DNA from: a virus
Lineage: Duplodnaviria > Caudoviricetes
Virus record (IMG/VR): IMGVR_UViG_3300020083_000009
Location: 1-60,018 of that record
Reading direction: 5' to 3' (one strand)
Length of the DNA stretch: 60,018 nt
Below the pieces are notes generated by a model. That model was not told where the DNA came from, searched no databases, and worked only from the letters and a program-made list of their open reading frames with translations. Made by a program: the position numbers and the translations under genes. This document shows, piece after piece, positions 8,408 to 17,000 of this stretch. How positions within the stretch are numbered: position 1 is the stretch's first letter; the number at the start of each line of letters is the position of its first letter.

Positions 8408-8559
8408 AGTGGTCTTGGATTCCCACATAGTATAGCACTAGGCATCTCACAATGGGCAAGTGCCCTTGCTTCAAATTGTGTCGTTGCCTCAACAATTCGT
8501 TTATGATACTTGGATCCAGTCTCTTTAAGTTTGTAGGTAATTTCCCATTTCCTTGTCAT
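8404..8559 (-). CDS. small hypothetical protein (51 aa)
   Basis: MTRKWEITYK...; ATGA overlap. Confidence 0.6.
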   Translation of the reverse strand: MTRKWEITYKLKETGSKYHKRIVEATTQFEARALAHCEMPSAILCGNPRPL

Positions 8560-8574
8560 AGAAGTGCTGCCCTA

Positions 8575-8916
8575 TCAATTGTTTTTTACTTTCCTTGGTC
8601 TTCCTCTCTTTTTAGGTTGGTCAGTTGTCTCTGCAACTCTACTTGTACGCTTATTAAATTTAGGTTTAGATACTCTTCGTACTGGTTTCCCTTCACTAAC
8701 TTCTGAAGATTCTCCAATTGTAGAATAGACAAGATCAAGTTCATTTTGGAGTTCATTTCGATCAATCCTAACCTCATTTTTTTTGAGTTTGTAACGGGTT
8801 AAATGCTTTTCTAGATGTGTTTCATTTTGAAACCAACAGATCTTATGATCTCCTTGGTCAGTGTACTCCAACCGTACTGGAAATCCAAAATGAGGAAATA
8901 GTTCTTCAGTAGTCAT
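8575..8916 (-). CDS. hypothetical protein with basic KKRGRPRK tail
   Basis: FP.RLE...CWFQ..HLEKH..RYKL; AT-hook-like C-terminus. Confidence 0.7.
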   Translation of the reverse strand: MTTEELFPHFGFPVRLEYTDQGDHKICWFQNETHLEKHLTRYKLKKNEVRIDRNELQNELDLVYSTIGESSEVSEGKPVRRVSKPKFNKRTSRVAETTDQPKKRGRPRKVKNN

Positions 8917-9086
8917 ACTCGACCTCCATCAACTTGATTCATTTTAAAATGTTCTACTTGACGCAAAATAGTATTTGACAACTCTTTTGCATTCTGTTCG
9001 TTCCAAGGCTGCTGCGTATAACCGCTTTGCCACACCTTGAACAGTTGAGAGTTAATTGTGTCAATAATCATCTGGTAATTAGTCAT
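8913..9086 (-). CDS. small hypothetical protein (57 aa)
   Basis: Hand-translated; ATGA overlaps on both sides. Confidence 0.6.
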   Translation of the reverse strand: MTNYQMIIDTINSQLFKVWQSGYTQQPWNEQNAKELSNTILRQVEHFKMNQVDGGRV

Positions 9087-9325
9087 TGTTTTAAGTCCTC
9101 AAATTCTTTTTGAAGTTCTTTTGCAAGTTTCCATGAACGTCTCCATGATAAGCATTTAAAAAATGGATTTTTAGGATGTAGCCAAAGATACAAATATGCA
9201 CTGCTGTATTTAGATTTAATGATTTTGAGGACTAGAATAAAAGCTTTTGCTACATTCTGATCCACAGCAATCATGTAAGCAACAATGCCAAAAATAATTA
9301 ATAAGGTAGAATAGTAAGTACTCAT
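9083..9325 (-). CDS. membrane-anchored hypothetical protein
   Basis: N-terminal hydrophobic helix; WLHPKNP motif. Confidence 0.7.
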   Translation of the reverse strand: MSTYYSTLLIIFGIVAYMIAVDQNVAKAFILVLKIIKSKYSSAYLYLWLHPKNPFFKCLSWRRSWKLAKELQKEFEDLKQ

Positions 9326-9340
9326 GATTTCATCATTTAA

Positions 9341-9991
9341 TTACTTTTTAAGTTTGTATGTGTAGATGTGTTTACCTGGAGTGTCAACGTAGTGTGCCTC
9401 TCCAGTTTCTAATGCAGTCTTCAATTCTTGTGCAAAGGGTTTCAATGCCTTAACACCATACTTGTTCTCATAATATGTTCTGATTGACTTATCATGAAAC
9501 GTGCGTCCACGATACTCAATCAATTTACCCTTTGAGGTTAAACCATGATATTCAAAGTTTGATGCCTTGTAGATTGTACCACAGTGACCATGGTGACTGT
9601 CTGCATAAGAGACTACAGTTTTGTAGCCAGTATTTTTCTTCATCCAACGTAGTGTCTTACCAATAAAGTAACTCTCAGTGTTACGTGGAGTCTTATCAAT
9701 ACAACAGAGGCGGCGAAGTTCAACAATATCCTCCTCTCGGTCAGCATACTTCTTCCAAGTATTTGCCATACCAAGAGAACCATAGATCATGGCACCAATA
9801 AGATTATTATCTGCCATGAGTGCAAACACATTTGATATACGAAGACCATTGACATTACCAGAATAATGCCAAGTCTCTACAAAATCTCTTACAATTTGAA
9901 TGTTTGATGGGGCAACGACAAACTGCTTTACGTTACATGAGGTATAATCCTCATCCCCGTAAAACATGTCCATAAGCATATTTGACTTCAT
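9341..9991 (-). CDS. Mom-like (GNAT-fold) DNA adenine modification protein
   Basis: WHYS...LIGAMIYG...ELRRLCC...NTESYFIGKTLR...VVSYAD..GH.GTIYKASNF.Y.G. Confidence 0.8.
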   Translation of the reverse strand: MKSNMLMDMFYGDEDYTSCNVKQFVVAPSNIQIVRDFVETWHYSGNVNGLRISNVFALMADNNLIGAMIYGSLGMANTWKKYADREEDIVELRRLCCIDKTPRNTESYFIGKTLRWMKKNTGYKTVVSYADSHHGHCGTIYKASNFEYHGLTSKGKLIEYRGRTFHDKSIRTYYENKYGVKALKPFAQELKTALETGEAHYVDTPGKHIYTYKLKK

Positions 9992-10508
9992 CTGCGGTCT
10001 CTCTAGCAGTGTTAATGACTATATCACGTAGCTGAGCGTAATCAATACCGATCCATGCCCAGAAGGCTTCTCCTCCGATGTAGCGGATATTGTCCTTAGT
10101 GTAATCGAAAGAATCACCAAAAGCAATAGCAAAGAAAGCTTGAGACTCATGTTGTACGGTGGTACGAATAAGTTTTTCAAGTGAATCATTCTTATGAGTC
10201 CCAGTTTGTGTGTTTTTGTTTGCCTTAAGTTGACCTTCCCACTCTTCATTGATGAAAAGATCCACACCTAAAACCTTTCGTTGCCCCTTGTCAGTATTGC
10301 GGACATTATTTCCACAGGTCTCTGCAATTTCTTGAAGAGCATAACCAAGACAAGTTGTAAAGGTCTTCTCAAAGGTTGCCCAGATGAGAACCTCTGGAAC
10401 TGCCTCTTTGATAATGTTAAGGTTTTTAGCATGAAGATTCTTGTAGATCTTCATGACGGTCTTCTGTTTAATTGGATGTAAAATTGCTTCAATTAAAAGT
10501 TTATTCAT
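9951..10508 (-). CDS. type II restriction endonuclease-like PD-(D/E)xK nuclease
   Basis: TTCLG.ALQEIA...GVDL...QLKANKNT...GEAFWAWIG, recalling PmeII/Eco47II/TdeIII-like REases. Confidence 0.65.
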   Translation of the reverse strand: MNKLLIEAILHPIKQKTVMKIYKNLHAKNLNIIKEAVPEVLIWATFEKTFTTCLGYALQEIAETCGNNVRNTDKGQRKVLGVDLFINEEWEGQLKANKNTQTGTHKNDSLEKLIRTTVQHESQAFFAIAFGDSFDYTKDNIRYIGGEAFWAWIGIDYAQLRDIVINTARETADEVKYAYGHVLRG

Positions 10509-10720
10509 TTCATAAAAGCCTCTAGCCCTTTGATCTTAGCAGCTTTTTTAACGGTGCGTCTACCCTTTGTGGCAGTTTTTTTACTGGCACTCTTGATGTA
10601 GTTTTTAGCTTCGTCCAAGGTTTTAAACACCTTGTCCTGCTGCCCCATGTGAATAATCATATATTCTTTACCAAAGGGGACAGCAGCCCACTCCTGGTTA
10701 CTTGACACGAATCCTTCCAT
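10505..10720 (-). CDS. conserved cyanophage hypothetical protein
   Basis: WAAVPFG..YMIIH.G.Q motif. Confidence 0.75.
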   Translation of the reverse strand: MEGFVSSNQEWAAVPFGKEYMIIHMGQQDKVFKTLDEAKNYIKSASKKTATKGRRTVKKAAKIKGLEAFMK

Positions 10721-10740
10721 GTGTTATGCTGTGAACATTC

Positions 10741-10771
10741 TAAATATAGCATACTTTGTGGAAGATGTCAA
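10741..10771. promoter_or_regulatory. overlapping early (-) and late (+) promoters
   Basis: Minus strand TTGACA-N17-TATATT (10771-10743); plus strand TAAATA at 10741-10746. Confidence 0.7.
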
Positions 10772-10963
10772 ATGATGAATCCAAATGAAATCAAGCTAGA
10801 GTCGATTGATCGCATGTTTCATTATGAGGCTCAAGCAAGATACTTAGACGAGTTGGATCGTGAACCCGCGATTGAAATGGCAAAGTGCTATCTCAAGCTG
10901 TATCTCAAGCAACAGGAGGTTATTGCAGACCTTGGTGGCTTGGGGTTGACAGACGAAGATTGA
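10772..10963 (+). CDS. nblA: NblA-like phycobilisome degradation adaptor
   Basis: 63 aa, two-helix pattern LESIDRMF.YE...LD...A.EM.K.YLKLYLKQQEVI. Confidence 0.6.
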   Translation: MMNPNEIKLESIDRMFHYEAQARYLDELDREPAIEMAKCYLKLYLKQQEVIADLGGLGLTDED

Positions 10964-10974
10964 AGTGTTAAGAT
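10946..10974 (+). promoter_or_regulatory. sigma70-like promoter
   Basis: TTGACA-N17-TAAGAT. Confidence 0.65.
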
Positions 10975-11002
10975 AGTTAAGTTAAAACACAGGAGCAATC
11001 TC

Positions 11003-11161
11003 ATGTACTCGACAGTCCAGAAAAAGCGGTATCGTGTTGTCTTGGATATTGAAGCCTATGAAGATCTTGATGTGCTCAATCTTGATTGGCATGAGGTTCT
11101 TAAGCTAGATGGTAATGAGTGTGTTTACGCTTCTGTTAAGGATTATGATGATTTGTATTAA
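11003..11161 (+). CDS. small conserved hypothetical protein (52 aa)
   Basis: AGGAG SD; MYSTVQKKRYRVVLDIEAYED...DW. Confidence 0.75.
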   Translation: MYSTVQKKRYRVVLDIEAYEDLDVLNLDWHEVLKLDGNECVYASVKDYDDLY

Positions 11162-11769
11162 TAATATCCCGATTGAAGTTCCCACCCAACATAGGTCCAA
11201 ACAGTTTTACTTCCAGCTGCTGCTCCATCAAAGGATGAAAGACGAAGAGCTATAATATTCGACCCATTATTAACAATATTAATATTGCCATTATCTAGGG
11301 AGCCGCTGGTAACAAGTACATTGTTTCTGGTGATACTTCTAAGCGTAACTGTACTGCCATTTACTTGAATGCCACCATAAACGAATCCACTATAAGTATG
11401 TAATAGTGTATTTGAAGAATCATAGTATGAAGCATTACATTCAAGACGAAAGGAATTATAAAGACCAGTACGCTCGAAAGCAGCTCCATTTGAATTTATA
11501 AATGGAGCCTCATCAACAGTTCCAGAACCAGAAATAACAGTTCTTCCTTCTAGAAAGCTGTAATCAAAATTCAAATCAGAATTTTGATAAGGCGATGGAT
11601 AAACATTCATACTCCGAGAAGATTCTATATCATTATAAAATTTTACAGCATCACTGGAACGAGTAACTACAATGCCCCCAGCACCAAATCCGAAATTGCT
11701 GTTTCCTATTCTAAAATTTCTAGTAGCACCTGTTGTAGAAAAAGTTCCATCTGTTATATTAAGTGTCAT
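11158..11769 (-). CDS. fibre-associated beta-rich protein (paralog of 12943..13551)
   Basis: SGSLDNGNINIV and TYVGWELQS match SGSLDTGNFTIV and NYVGQVVQS. Confidence 0.6.
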   Translation of the reverse strand: MTLNITDGTFSTTGATRNFRIGNSNFGFGAGGIVVTRSSDAVKFYNDIESSRSMNVYPSPYQNSDLNFDYSFLEGRTVISGSGTVDEAPFINSNGAAFERTGLYNSFRLECNASYYDSSNTLLHTYSGFVYGGIQVNGSTVTLRSITRNNVLVTSGSLDNGNINIVNNGSNIIALRLSSFDGAAAGSKTVWTYVGWELQSGYY

Positions 11770-11778
11770 TTTATTTTA

Positions 11779-12222
11779 TTAGAGATACATTGTTCCATAT
11801 CCATTTTCATCATATTGTATTCCACCATTAGTTCGTCTTTTATCAATTTTTTTCATAGATCTAAGAACTTCAACTTCTGGATTTTCACAAAGTCCCATAG
11901 TAAATCCATATTTTTGAATTAAAAATAAATATCTTTCATTGTTTAAAATTCTTTCTTGAATAACTGGTAGAAATAATTCATAATTTAATTCTTTTATTGG
12001 AACAAATTGCTCTGGATTAGGTTCAGGTAATTGAATTTGTTCTCTTCCAACAAAGTAAAAGTGTGGGGATTCTTCTGTGCTTAAATTCTGATTTAACATC
12101 ATAATTTGACAATCAATAGTGACTGCACAATTTTTCATTCCATTCACATCTTCTAAAACTCCCATTCCAATAAAATCAAGGGTAATGTCAAGATTATTAA
12201 TGTTGATGATTTTTCTTTGCAT
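11779..12222 (-). CDS. putative fibre assembly/accessory protein
   Basis: EQFVPIKELNYE motif similar to ENFTSFDEVTEAQ of 13558..13971. Confidence 0.5.
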   Translation of the reverse strand: MQRKIININNLDITLDFIGMGVLEDVNGMKNCAVTIDCQIMMLNQNLSTEESPHFYFVGREQIQLPEPNPEQFVPIKELNYELFLPVIQERILNNERYLFLIQKYGFTMGLCENPEVEVLRSMKKIDKRRTNGGIQYDENGYGTMYL

Positions 12223-12253
12223 AATTAATTTTTTTCTTTATTTCAAGTATTTA

Positions 12254-12937
12254 TTAAAAAAATCCTTGCCCACAACCTGAATTTGTCACTCCCGCATCAT
12301 AACCACCATTAAATGCATATTGTTCAAAAGTACTAGCTCCAAACCAACTAATACTGCTATATGTGGTAAAATTACCTGATACAGGCGCTTTTCTTGCTCT
12401 GAGATATAAATCATTACCTATGGCAATAAAAGCAAATGCATTTCCAACGTTATCTGAAGTTCCTGGAGAAGACCAGTTAGATCCAGAGTATCCTCCAACA
12501 CGTTGAAGCCCAGCAACTGTTATTGTACCAGAACTATTCCATCTAGCACTACCACGATATATACCTCCAGTTATTCTTGTAGTATCTATTGAACTAGTGT
12601 TATTATTATAATTATAAGCTGAAAGAAAGGAATAAATTGTTATTGAATTATTAGGCGACGGCCCTCCTATATAATAATCTAATATTGGAGTGCTATCGTC
12701 TAAATCAAAATGAGTAGTAGAACCTGCAAAACCACGTCCGTCATAACCAATGACACCATTACCGTATAAATTTATATCTTCTGAGTTGTATACAGTTACA
12801 ACTTTTTGATATGGGTAACCAGAAAATATAGTATCTCTAAGCCGATATTGTCTACCATGTAAGGTAAAAGCACGATCACCCCCTTGGAATACTGTGTCTG
12901 GTATAAAAATTTTGTTGCTAGTAAAACGGGTTGCCAT
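12254..12937 (-). CDS. fibre-associated beta-rich protein
   Basis: G/S/N/Y-rich 227 aa in the post-fibre cassette. Confidence 0.55.
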   Translation of the reverse strand: MATRFTSNKIFIPDTVFQGGDRAFTLHGRQYRLRDTIFSGYPYQKVVTVYNSEDINLYGNGVIGYDGRGFAGSTTHFDLDDSTPILDYYIGGPSPNNSITIYSFLSAYNYNNNTSSIDTTRITGGIYRGSARWNSSGTITVAGLQRVGGYSGSNWSSPGTSDNVGNAFAFIAIGNDLYLRARKAPVSGNFTTYSSISWFGASTFEQYAFNGGYDAGVTNSGCGQGFF

Positions 12938-12942
12938 AAAAA

Positions 12943-13551
12943 TTAAATTGATTGTACGACTTGACCAACATAATTAAACATAGTTGCCGTTGATGTGCTA
13001 GAACTCGCTGGTGTAAATCTAAAACATGGTCTTCCACTAACAACAACAATAGTAAAATTACCCGTATCTAATGAACCAGATCCACTACCATTTCCATAAT
13101 AATTATTCCTAAGAACAGAAGGAGTTCCACTACTATTATAAATTATTCTATTATACGCGCTAAAATTATAAACATGGGTTGCCGCCGTGTTTAAACCACC
13201 AGCATGATATGACATTGAACAGGTAATGTCAATTAATGTTATAGACGAACTTGTTGTAGTAATGAATGCATACTCATTATCCTCTATAGGACGATCTATA
13301 GATGATCCACCTTGGAGAAGAATTGAACCAGCAACTTGACCCTTCCTACACCAGGGACCCCATCCACTGCCATGGTAATTGTATGCGTTGTTATCCACGC
13401 TCAGAGTAACTGTATCCAAAGTATTATTTGGTTGCCAAATATCAGTGCCCAATAGGTTCAAAAAGCTGGCACCAAATGTTATATGTTTAAAGGTTCCAGT
13501 ATCACGGCATATAGAAGTAATTCCAGTTAAAGATGTGGAATTTATAATCAT
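12943..13551 (-). CDS. fibre-associated beta-rich protein
   Basis: 202 aa; paralogous to 11158..11769. Confidence 0.6.
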   Translation of the reverse strand: MIINSTSLTGITSICRDTGTFKHITFGASFLNLLGTDIWQPNNTLDTVTLSVDNNAYNYHGSGWGPWCRKGQVAGSILLQGGSSIDRPIEDNEYAFITTTSSSITLIDITCSMSYHAGGLNTAATHVYNFSAYNRIIYNSSGTPSVLRNNYYGNGSGSGSLDTGNFTIVVVSGRPCFRFTPASSSTSTATMFNYVGQVVQSI

Positions 13552-13557
13552 AATACT

Positions 13558-13971
13558 TTACTCTGGAGGATTATAAGAATTTTCATCTTCAGGAGAAATT
13601 ATTGGTGCCCCAACTGGAGCAATTGATGAATCCCAAGGAGCAGCAACACCAACTTCAGTAGGCTCTAATACATCTAAAATTTTTCTTTGCTGCATAAGCT
13701 TTAACTCACCAATATTCGATGCATTTGCTTCAACCCAACTAATAACCTGCGCCTCTGTAACTTCATCAAAAGAAGTAAAATTTTCTTCTGCCAAATCTGC
13801 CGCTGAAACTTTAAATGGAGTTGCTCCAGGAAAAAATACTTTTTCATCTGGATAATCAGATCTATAAGTTTCTAACTCCCATCTTGCATGACAAATTACA
13901 TCATTTTGCCCATTATGTAATAGTTTTTTTTTCAATTCTGTAATTCTAATTGTGTGAACGAATTGTGCCAT
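13558..13971 (-). CDS. putative fibre assembly/accessory protein
   Basis: NDVI..ARW...ENFTSFDEVTEAQVISWVE...APW motif, typically found after S74-bearing fibres. Confidence 0.6.
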   Translation of the reverse strand: MAQFVHTIRITELKKKLLHNGQNDVICHARWELETYRSDYPDEKVFFPGATPFKVSAADLAEENFTSFDEVTEAQVISWVEANASNIGELKLMQQRKILDVLEPTEVGVAAPWDSSIAPVGAPIISPEDENSYNPPE

Positions 13972-14006
13972 AATTGATATAAGACCGTTAATTTATCTTT
14001 GTTTAT

Positions 14007-17000
14007 TTATTTAGCTTCCAAAGCAGCAACACGCTGCATTAGTTGATCAATTAATTCTTGCTGATTTTGAAGTTGGGTTCTTTGTCTTCTAGCAAGATTT
14101 ACTAAATGAGGTACAAATTGGTCATACTGAACATATTCTGGTTCATTATTTTCATCAAGACCCACTAATCTTATATCCACTTCAGCAACTTCTTCAGCAA
14201 TAAAACCATAGAAACCGTGATGCTCAGGATCAGCCTTGCACTTAGAACGATACCAAACAGGTCTTACATTATCTAACATATTGTCAACATAAGAATCTTC
14301 AAGATCTTCAACATCTTTTTTATATTTGATAGATGATACAGCTCTTACCCAGTCGTTCTCTGCGGCTGTCATTCTGATGTTGGCACCACCAGATGCAGTA
14401 TTATTAAAAGTGCCTGGGGAGCGAATTCTATTAAGTCTGGTGGTGCCATTGGGGTCAACATACCAACCAGTATCATTAAAATCATATAAAATATTTACTC
14501 TCGTATCATTAAAGCGACTCACTCCATCTGGATCAGAATTATAACCAGTATTATTACGATCATAGAAAATATAACCACGACCATCATTCCAATATGTTAT
14601 ATCATATAGCTCAACTTCAGAGTTATTAATACGAACTTGCCAGTTCCCATCATTACTTAATAAACCAAAATTATTATCATACTGACCGTATAAGTAACCA
14701 GCAATAGTTCCATTATAAGAGTGCCTTAGACGAATACCAAATCCATTACCATTTGCACCAACGTTCCACCAATTACCAGCATCAGAGTACCAATGCTGTC
14801 CAGTTGCCTGATTATACAAACCGGACCCCGAATTATTATTTCTAATCCAACTTCTAGCAAAATAGTCATTTGTGGTTAGGCTTTCATTCAAATTTGATGA
14901 GGAGGCGGGATCCACATAAAAACCAGTGTTATTAGCATCGTAATAAATACCAGCAAATAATCCTCCACCACTTCCATCATTCCTATCATGCATTGCAACG
15001 GTTGTCCAGCCACTGTTATTGGGCCAAGAGTTTCTAAATCTTAAGTTTCCAATTGGTCCACCACACATTTGCCAACCATAACCAGAGTTATAAGCATTAA
15101 CGTAGTGATATGCTTGCACACCAACCCAATGCGATGTTCCTGATGGTTGGTTTGCTGGATTACTCCAAGTATCAAAGAATCCCGAACCCCATGTCATCAC
15201 AGAGTTAAGGTCTGTAGTACCCCAACCCATAGTTCCAACAAAATAATTGCCGTCTGAGGTGAAATCTCTTCTATCGGCATCATACTTACCAGTAAGTCCA
15301 AGTTGAACTTTTATTGCATTTCTATCAATATAACGAATATAATCATCATTTGAGCAGTAATACTTGTTGACACCATTACCCGAATCACCCATATTACCAG
15401 ATATAGAATTAATCCATCCAGCCATGATATAACCATTTCCCTGAGTTCTTACAACTTTATTAGCTTCATTGTTTGTTCCAGTATGAAGTTCAAGCCCATC
15501 AAGCGTATCAGCATCTAGACCAGACCCAGAACCATCATTTCCAGAGTGCCAAATTCTTGACCAAGCAGTATTACCATTGTTATTGACTGAACGATAGAAC
15601 AAATCAGTCTGATTGAAGAAACTTGCGGCAAATTGCATCGCAAAGTAATTATTATTATTACTATGAGTGGAAGAAATTAAATGCATCCAACTTCCATTAA
15701 GGGGCCATCCCTCACCTGTAGTTGGACTGTCATGTTCATAAAAACCAGAATCAATTCTATTGTTTATATTTGATACATTTACAGCGTCACCTGAAAAGGT
15801 ACTTCCAGTAGCATTGGTTGCAGTAGTTGCATTACCAGCTAAGTTTGCAGTAATTGTACCCGCAATAAAGTTACCAGAAGCATCACGAGCAACGATTGCT
15901 CCTCCAGTATTTGCTGAAGTTGCATTTGATGTTACTGTGAATGTAACCCCAAGTCCACCAGAGTTATTATATGTGGCGGCACCAGAAAGACCAGTTCCAA
16001 AAGTATTCAGAGTTAATGTATTCGCTAAGTTTCCAGAAAATGTTGTAGCAGTAATTGTACCAGCAGAGAAGCCACCAGCATTATTACGTCTTACAATAGT
16101 ATCAGCATTGTTATCGCTTGTTGAAGCAAATCCATTAAGTAATGCAGCGTTTAAATTATTAACTTGAGTTGTTGATGAAACTACGAATGGTGCAGTTGCT
16201 CCAGTTACATTGGAAATGAACTGAGTACCTGTAATAGTACCACTAGCAGTTACATTTCCAGGGAACGATGTGTTACCAGATTCATCAAGAAGAGTTGCAG
16301 TTCTTTGTAATGATGAAAAAACACCAGTATATTGTCTAACGTGAATTGGTTCGGTTCCATCATCAGCAGTTGCAATTTCAACAAAACCAGCATTAGATGA
16401 AGTTCCACCAATAAGAATTCGGAACTGATCATTATCTGCCATATTACCACGAACAAGTTCAGTGGAGTTTGTTCCAGTAACTGTATTTGTAATGTTACCA
16501 GTCAAATTAGCAGTAATCGTACCAGCACTAAAGTTTCCTGAAGCATCTCGTTGGACAACATAGTTGGCAGTATTGGCATTTGTAGCATTGATACCAATAG
16601 TAACTGCAGCAGAGTTATTATATGAGTTTCCAGTAAGCGGTGATTGAATGGTTAAGGTATTGTTAAGAGATCCAATTAATGATGTGCCTGTAATTGCTCC
16701 AGCCGAGAAGGCACCAGTAGCATCACGAGTAACTACAGTATTAATTACATTACTAGATGAAGTATCAAGACCATCGAGTAAATCGGCATTTAAGTTTGTA
16801 ACTTTTGTGGTAGAGGAAACCGTAAATGGAGCACCAGTTGCAGTTGTAACTGTTGAAGTAAAAGTAGTTGCTGTTACTGCTCCATTAAATGAAGCGTTAC
16901 CAGAACTACCAAGAGTAAACACATCGATTGCACTAGCGTTTCTTCCAACTAGGCTACCAGTAAATTGTAGGTAAAGATTGTTACCGTGGAATTGAATCTT

